From contig NC_008578.1 of the NCBI RefSeq assembly GCF_000015025.1, positions 90,001 to 122,000 on the forward strand: DNA of 32,000 nucleotides, given 5' to 3'. Numbering within the stretch: position 1 is the stretch's first letter; each line of letters starts with the position of its first letter. This DNA is from Acidothermus cellulolyticus 11B. Its GTDB lineage: Bacteria > Actinomycetota > Actinomycetes > Acidothermales > Acidothermaceae. This document shows positions 25,556-32,000 of the stretch, piece after piece. Below the pieces are notes generated by a model, which saw nothing but the letters and a program-made list of their open reading frames with translations, was not told where the DNA came from and made no database searches. The position numbers and the translations under genes are program-made.

Positions 25556-26527
25556 TTACCACGCATAGGCTTCGGGGGCTTCGCCTCCCGGGCCGGGCCA
25601 GATCTCGTCGAGCCGGGCGAGAGCCTTCTCGTCGAGCCGGAGTTCCGTGGCGCGCAGTGCCATGTCGAATTGATCGACGGTCCGGGGGCCGATGATCGGC
25701 GCGGTGACGCCCGGCTGATGCAACAGCCAGGCTAGCGCTACCGCCGCCGGGTGTTCGCCCAGCTCGTCGCAGAACGCCTCGTACGCCTCGACTGCACTGC
25801 GCCGGCGCTCGAGTTCCTCAGTCGCACGGCCGCCCTTGGACCGCTCCTGATCGGTGCGGCGGAGCACGCCGCCGAGAAGCCCGCCGTGGAGCGGGCTCCA
25901 TGGAATCACTCCCAGGCCGTACGCTCGGGCTGCCGGCAGCACCTCGAGTTCGACGGTACGTGCGGCCAGGTTGTACAGCGACTGTTCGCTGATCAATCCG
26001 AGGAAATTCCGCCGGCGAGCTGCTTCTTGCGCCTGCGCGATGTGCCAGCCGGCGAAATTCGACGATCCGGCGTACAGAATCTTCCCTTGCAGACGCAGCA
26101 CTTCGAAGGCTTCCCAGATTTCGTCCCAGGGCGTTTCCCGGTCGATGTGGTGCATCTGGTATAGGTCGATGTAGTCGGTGCGCAGCCGGCGCAGCGATGC
26201 ATCGCACGCCCGGCGAATGTTCAGCGCGGAGAGCCGGCCCTCGTTCGGCCACTCCCCCATGTCGCCGTACACCTTCGTGGCGAGCACGGTGCGCTCGCGC
26301 CGTCCACCGCCCTGGGCGAACCATTCACCGATGATGGTCTCGGTCCGCCCCTTGTTTTCACCCCAGCCGTAGACGTTGGCGGTGTCGAAGAAGTTGATGC
26401 CGTGCTCGTGCGCCCGGTCCATGATCCGGAACGCCTCCGCCGGTTCGGTGACCGGCCCGAAGTTCATCGTGCCGAGACAGAGTCGGGAAACGCGCAGTCC
26501 ACTGCGGCCGAGATGTACGTACTCCAT
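25556..26527 (-). CDS. aldo/keto reductase
   Basis: 323 aa from MEYVHLGRSGLRVSRLCLGTMNFG...INFFDTANVYG...DLYQMHHID. The first 100 codons of the track ORF (to 26827) overlap the upstream MFS gene and are a run-on. Confidence 0.9.
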   Translation of the reverse strand: MEYVHLGRSGLRVSRLCLGTMNFGPVTEPAEAFRIMDRAHEHGINFFDTANVYGWGENKGRTETIIGEWFAQGGGRRERTVLATKVYGDMGEWPNEGRLSALNIRRACDASLRRLRTDYIDLYQMHHIDRETPWDEIWEAFEVLRLQGKILYAGSSNFAGWHIAQAQEAARRRNFLGLISEQSLYNLAARTVELEVLPAARAYGLGVIPWSPLHGGLLGGVLRRTDQERSKGGRATEELERRRSAVEAYEAFCDELGEHPAAVALAWLLHQPGVTAPIIGPRTVDQFDMALRATELRLDEKALARLDEIWPGPGGEAPEAYAW

Positions 26528-26531
26528 GCCG

Positions 26532-27749
26532 TCAGCTTCGCACAGCCGAGCTGACGAGCTGACTCCGCCGTGGCGACGGGGTACGGGAGGCGGCGACCGC
26601 GAGGAACCCGAGGAGGGTGAAGACCGGGACAAGGAGCATCGCCGTGTGCGAGCCGACATGGTCGGCGAGTGCGCCGAGGGCGAAGGGCGCGAGCCCGATC
26701 GCCGCACCGCCGCCGAGCGAGGCGTAGCTGGTCGCCAAATCGGGGTGACCGTCGGAGGCCCAGACGATCCGGGCGATGGCGAGCGGGTAGTGCAGGGCGA
26801 TACCCAGCCCGGTGAGGAAGAGGCCAAGGTAGGCGACCGGCAGGTGATGCGAGTTCCAGAAGACGCCGAATCCGATAAGTGTCAGCACGAAGGCGCCTGC
26901 GAGGAGCCAGTCGGCGGAGTATCGCAGCGCGAGCGGGCTCGCCGTGAGCCGTCCTACCGTCATGCCGAGAACGATGAGCGTCACCCCGGCGGTCGCCGAC
27001 GCTGTCGAGGCGCCGACGTGACTGTGCAGGACGTCCGACGTCCAGATCGTCATGGAGAACTCGATGGACGTCGTGAGGATGAGCACAGTGCAGGCGATCC
27101 AGAATCTGCCCGGCATCCGAGGTCGTGGGGTGCCGCGGCGGGTAGGGATCGGTTCCGGCGGGGTGGTTGACCGGGCGAAGACGAGGAACGCGCCACCGGC
27201 GCAGGCCACCAGGATCAGCATTCCCGCCCGCCAGCCGAGGTGGGTCGCGATGGCACCACTGAGCGCAAGCGGAGCGAGGAGCCCAATGCCGGAGCCGATC
27301 CCGGTTCCCTCGGTGACCGCCGCGGCGCCGGCCGGTCCCGGATGGTGGCTGCTGAGGATGGCGGTGCTGAGATTGCCGAGCAGGACGCCGCCGAAACCGC
27401 CAAGAATCGAACCGGCAAGGGTGAGTGGGAGGAGCGGCACTACCACCAGCAGGACTATTCCGGCGCACATTGCGGCCAGTGCGGACCACAAAAGCCGGCG
27501 TCGTCCGAGCCGGTTGATGAGCGGGGGCGCGAGGATTCCGACCAGGACGCCACCGACGGCCATCCCAGTGCCGTGGAGGGCGGCGACGGCCCGGCTGACG
27601 TGCTCGTCCGAGCGGAGCAGGTTCACCGCCGGGGTGAAGGCGTAGAGGAAATATCCGTACAGCGCGAATTGGGTGTACGCGAGCCACGTAATGCGGTCGC
27701 GCGGGTAAGACACACGCGCCGTCGCTGGTTCGGCGGTGTCTTCCGTCAT
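26532..27749 (-). CDS. MFS transporter
   Basis: 405 aa, 10-12 hydrophobic helices. Its stop lies 4 nt before the aldo/keto reductase ATG. Confidence 0.8.
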   Translation of the reverse strand: MTEDTAEPATARVSYPRDRITWLAYTQFALYGYFLYAFTPAVNLLRSDEHVSRAVAALHGTGMAVGGVLVGILAPPLINRLGRRRLLWSALAAMCAGIVLLVVVPLLPLTLAGSILGGFGGVLLGNLSTAILSSHHPGPAGAAAVTEGTGIGSGIGLLAPLALSGAIATHLGWRAGMLILVACAGGAFLVFARSTTPPEPIPTRRGTPRPRMPGRFWIACTVLILTTSIEFSMTIWTSDVLHSHVGASTASATAGVTLIVLGMTVGRLTASPLALRYSADWLLAGAFVLTLIGFGVFWNSHHLPVAYLGLFLTGLGIALHYPLAIARIVWASDGHPDLATSYASLGGGAAIGLAPFALGALADHVGSHTAMLLVPVFTLLGFLAVAASRTPSPRRSQLVSSAVRS

Positions 27750-27786
27750 CGAGGTGTCGCGTGTAATCCGTGGTTTCTTCGCAGAG

Positions 27787-28956
<1,170 letters not shown>

Positions 28957-29080
28957 TCACCGGCAGTAGGTCTTGCCGGGCGGTTCAGCTGTTCCCCGCC
29001 GATCAAATTACTGCTCACCGTGGCGACGCTGCCAGGTCTGATTCTGCCAGAGCGGCGTCGATCACCCGTCCGGGGTACGG

Positions 29081-30187
29081 TCACCCGTGTCGTCGAATCG
29101 CCGCGTCCCAACCGGGAACGGAGGACGCCGGGCGCGGGCCGTGACCGACATACCGCGCTGTCGGTCGTACCAGCCGGCCGCTGCGTTTTTCCTCCAGAAT
29201 GTGGGCGCTCCAACCGGCGACCCGGGCGCAGGTGAACATGGCGGCGAACATATGCGCCGGCACGCCGGCCAAATCCAGGACCAGCGCAGCCCAGAATTCG
29301 ACATTCGTTTCGATCGGGCGGTCCGGCCGGCGGGCCCGCAATTCGGCCAACGCCGCCTGCTCGAGTGCGTAGGCTGCGTCATAGTGCGGCGAGCCGAGCT
29401 CGCGCGCCGTACGACGCAGCACCCGGGCGCGCGGATCCTCAGCCCGGTAAATGCGGTGCCCGAAACCCATCAACCGCTCATGGCGGTCGAGCACGCTCTT
29501 GACGTAGCCTTCGGCGTCGCCGGTCCGTTCGACCTCCTCGACCATGTGCAGCACCCGGGTCGGCGCACCTCCGTGGAGCGGGCCGGACATGGCGCCCACG
29601 GCTGCCGAGAGCGCCGCGGCGACATCGGCCCCGGTCGATGCGACCACCCGTGCGGTGAAGGTCGACGCGTTCATGCCGTGCTCGGCGGCCGAAACCCAGT
29701 ACGCGTCCAATGCCTTGACGTGGATGGGATTCAGTTCTCCGCGCCAGCGCAGCAGGAACTGCTCAACCGCCGTCCGGCCCTGGTCCACTTCCGATTGGGG
29801 TACCGGCGGCAAGTCGCCACGCGCCGACTGCGCGACGTAGGAGAGGGCGGTCACTGAGGCTTGCGCAAGCTCGTCACGCGCCTGCTGCTCGTCGATGTCC
29901 AACAAGGGTTTGAAGCCCAGCTGGGGGGCGAGCATGGCCAAGCCGGCTTGGACGTCGACCCGCACGTCGCCGGACCGATGTGGTAACTCCAGCGTGTTGA
30001 AGGGTGGAAGACCCGGGGTGAAGGAATCGTCCACCAGGAGTCCCCAGACATCGCCGTACGAAACCCGCCCGACGAGTTCTTCGATGTCGACCCCTCGGTA
30101 GCGCAGAGAGCCCCCATTTCTATCCGGTTCGGCGATTTGGGTCTCGAACGCGACAACTCCTTCTAGCCCCGGAACGAAGTCAGACAT
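29081..30187 (-). CDS. citA: citrate synthase 2 (CitA type)
   Basis: 368 aa from MSDFVPGLEGVVAFETQIAEPD... Citrate synthase signature GFGHRIYRAEDPR. AGGAG RBS. The upstream 190 codons of the track ORF are a run-on. Confidence 0.92.
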   Translation of the reverse strand: MSDFVPGLEGVVAFETQIAEPDRNGGSLRYRGVDIEELVGRVSYGDVWGLLVDDSFTPGLPPFNTLELPHRSGDVRVDVQAGLAMLAPQLGFKPLLDIDEQQARDELAQASVTALSYVAQSARGDLPPVPQSEVDQGRTAVEQFLLRWRGELNPIHVKALDAYWVSAAEHGMNASTFTARVVASTGADVAAALSAAVGAMSGPLHGGAPTRVLHMVEEVERTGDAEGYVKSVLDRHERLMGFGHRIYRAEDPRARVLRRTARELGSPHYDAAYALEQAALAELRARRPDRPIETNVEFWAALVLDLAGVPAHMFAAMFTCARVAGWSAHILEEKRSGRLVRPTARYVGHGPRPASSVPGWDAAIRRHG

Positions 30188-30427
30188 TGGTTCTACTCCT
30201 GCCTCGCGCAGCCGCCGGATCGTGGACCCCTTCATTCTCCCGCTAACCTGCCCTTGACAGCGCCGGGGTCCCGCGGTCGGGGGCTGCGGGACAAAGCGAC
30301 GGTCATCACCCTTCCGGCGTCCGTCCTGCCGTCGGCCGCGGGAGCTAGGGACCGGCTGGCTGACCGATACCTGCCCGGCAGGCGGAACCGCGCTCCGGCG
30401 TCCGACACCGATGCCCGAGGAGAGCCG

Positions 30428-31102
30428 ATGCGACACGGCACACACACCGGGTCGAACCCTTATGCCGAGGCTTACGTCGAGGTCACTGCCGGCGGTCTTG
30501 CCGAGACCGACCTGGCAGCCGATCCGATCGAGCAGTTCCGGCGCTGGCTCGCCGATGCGATCCGATACAACCTGCCGGAACCCACCGCGATGGTCGTCGC
30601 GACCGCGGACGCCGACGGCCGGCCGAGCAGCCGCCACGTCTTGCTCAAGAGCGTGGACGACGGCTTTGTCTTCTTCACCAACTACCGGTCCCGGAAAGGA
30701 CGGGACCTTTCGGAAAATCCCTCGGCAAGTCTGTGTTTTCCGTGGTTTGCCATCGGACGGCAAGTCGTGGTCTTAGGCACTGTGACGAAAGTCACCCGCG
30801 AGGAAACTGAGGAATACTTCGCGAGTCGGCCTCGGGACTCACAGTGTGGCGCATGGTCCAGTGAGAATCAGTCGTCGGTTGTTCCGTCGCGCGCCTGGCT
30901 TGATGAGCGATACGCAGAAGTTGCTCAGCGGTTTGCCGGCGTCGAACACATCCCACCGCCGCCATTCTGGGGTGGTTTCCGCGTGATACCCGAGACGGTG
31001 GAGTTCTGGCAGGCCCGGCCGGCCCGCATGCATGATCGATTGCGTTATCGGCGGACAGCGGATGGCGAACGACCGTGGATCATCGAACGGCTCTCGCCGT
31101 AG
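30428..31102 (+). CDS. pdxH: pyridoxamine 5'-phosphate oxidase
   Basis: 224 aa. PTAMVVATADADGRPSSRHVLLK, FFTNYRSRKG, EFWQARPARMHDRLRYRR...WIIERLSP are typical of PdxH. GAGGAG RBS before the ATG at 30428. Confidence 0.92.
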   Translation: MRHGTHTGSNPYAEAYVEVTAGGLAETDLAADPIEQFRRWLADAIRYNLPEPTAMVVATADADGRPSSRHVLLKSVDDGFVFFTNYRSRKGRDLSENPSASLCFPWFAIGRQVVVLGTVTKVTREETEEYFASRPRDSQCGAWSSENQSSVVPSRAWLDERYAEVAQRFAGVEHIPPPPFWGGFRVIPETVEFWQARPARMHDRLRYRRTADGERPWIIERLSP

Positions 31103-31301
31103 GCGGAGTTGGCCGACTGCGGGTGTGGGGTTGGTCAGTAGCTGGCCGCTTACCGGGTCGACGAGCGCCTGGGACATCCGCCTCGCAATCGCTCGTGCCG
31201 GGGCTCGTGCCGGGTCGGCCGGCCGCTGGTGTGGGATTGGTGTCCGTGACGGTATCCGCGGCAAGCGTCGTCCGGTTCTTCGGCGGTCGCCTGGTGGATG
31301 G

Positions 31302-32000
31302 TCAACGCGGGCGGATTCTCACCCATGTCGCATCCGCGTGCGCGAGCAGACGGCCATCGCGGTCGAAGATTGCAGAGACGGTGAGAGCAGTCCGTTCGGC
31401 GCGCGCACGGAGTTCTCCCACGATCACCACGTCTTGGTCGACTTCCGGAACGTCGAGGATTCGGGCCCGGATGCGCCCAAGGACCATCGGCCGTCCGGCG
31501 ATGTCCGCGGACCAACCACTGGGACAATCAAGGGCGGCCCAGACGAGTTCGGGTGGTGTTCCTCGGTGTCCGCCACCGGCGACCCGCCAGGTCGTCGCGA
31601 CCCGACCCGGCCCGACGGGACCCGGGCGCAGACGCAGGCCCCTTGGGTTCCGTGGGCCGCACACAAAGCAGGTCGGGAACGGGTGATCCACCGCCCCGGC
31701 GTACCGTGCCTCGGCGGTCCGGGCGGTTCCCCAGTCCACCGGCGCAGGTGCCTCGTCGGGCGGCTCGGCCGCTGCGGCCTCCGCCAGAAGGTCGGTGCCG
31801 TCGAACAGTCGGATCACTTCGTCTTCGATGACGAGGTGCAACGGCTTTCCGACCGGCGTCGGCCGGTTCAACCGCACCTGGCAGGCGCCGGCGCCGGGGT
31901 GCGCGGTGGCCAGGCGTCCGGCGAGGTAGCCGCCGTTCGCGCAACCCGGGGGACCGCAGAACGTCGGGTCGATAGGCGGGAATTCCCGGGTTTCGCTCAT
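31302..32000 (-). CDS. hot-dog fold (PaaI/4HBT-like thioesterase) family protein
   Basis: 232-aa ORF whose ATG is exactly at the window end. Contains FPTCFVCGPRNPRGLRL and GGYLAG motifs seen in hot-dog thioesterase-like proteins. Family call is by eye only. Confidence 0.5.
   Translation of the reverse strand: MSETREFPPIDPTFCGPPGCANGGYLAGRLATAHPGAGACQVRLNRPTPVGKPLHLVIEDEVIRLFDGTDLLAEAAAAEPPDEAPAPVDWGTARTAEARYAGAVDHPFPTCFVCGPRNPRGLRLRPGPVGPGRVATTWRVAGGGHRGTPPELVWAALDCPSGWSADIAGRPMVLGRIRARILDVPEVDQDVVIVGELRARAERTALTVSAIFDRDGRLLAHADATWVRIRPR

Noticed and set aside
26464-27687. 407-aa minus-strand ORF overlapping the MFS gene in another frame, plus the plus-strand ORFs 26376..27170 and 27052..27645
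   Set aside because: Arg/Pro-rich alternative frames of the same GC-rich DNA. Only the 26532..27749 frame gives regular hydrophobic helices.
30188-30427. TTGACA at about 30253 and GC hairpins in the citA-pdxH divergent region as a promoter or riboswitch
   Set aside because: No acceptable -10 element at 16-19 nt from the TTGACA. The hairpins are short and match no riboswitch class known to me.
31191-31214. 12-bp tandem duplication GCTCGTGCCGGG x2 between pdxH and the hot-dog gene. A 14-nt string ATCGCTCGTGCCGG is also shared with 13211..13224.
   Set aside because: Too short. A 14-mer match is within chance expectation for 32 kb of GC-biased sequence on two strands, and no associated structure or gene was found.

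Overview
High-GC actinobacterial core-chromosome segment, densely coding. I could not find any mobile element, CRISPR array, tRNA/rRNA gene, or recognisable defence or toxin system. Gene content, left to right: (1) a partial secreted protein and two tiny membrane proteins. (2) A complete phosphate-control block: regX3-senX3 divergent from phoU-pstSCAB. (3) A serine hydrolase and a cytoplasmic GGDEF diguanylate cyclase. (4) A DUF3263 / LytR_C / otsB operon. (5) A SAM-I riboswitch fused to a zinc-ribbon threonine-synthase paralogue. (6) groEL2 behind two CIRCE operators. (7) An orphan WXG100 gene, then cutC and a cold-shock-domain protein. (8) A translationally coupled MFS-mqnB-mqnD unit from the futalosine menaquinone pathway. 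(9) DUF3027 and DUF2530, which converge and overlap. (10) A marR-MFS pair, then thpR. (11) A citA / serC / MFS / aldo-keto-reductase chain on the minus strand. (12) pdxH and a hot-dog-fold protein. Many long ORFs in the supplied track are antisense shadows or 5' run-ons typical of GC-rich DNA, and I trimmed or rejected them. This is mostly an ordinary housekeeping region. The items most worth a second look are: the SAM riboswitch on a ThrC-like enzyme; an orphan U-tract terminator (candidate sRNA) in the 430-bp gap upstream of it; the MFS gene coupled to mqnB/mqnD; the lone WXG100 gene; PHO-box-like 11-nt repeats; a transmembrane-less SenX3; a 207-bp convergent gene overlap; and a 23-bp tandem repeat. 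All homology statements come from motif recognition by eye. No database search was run.
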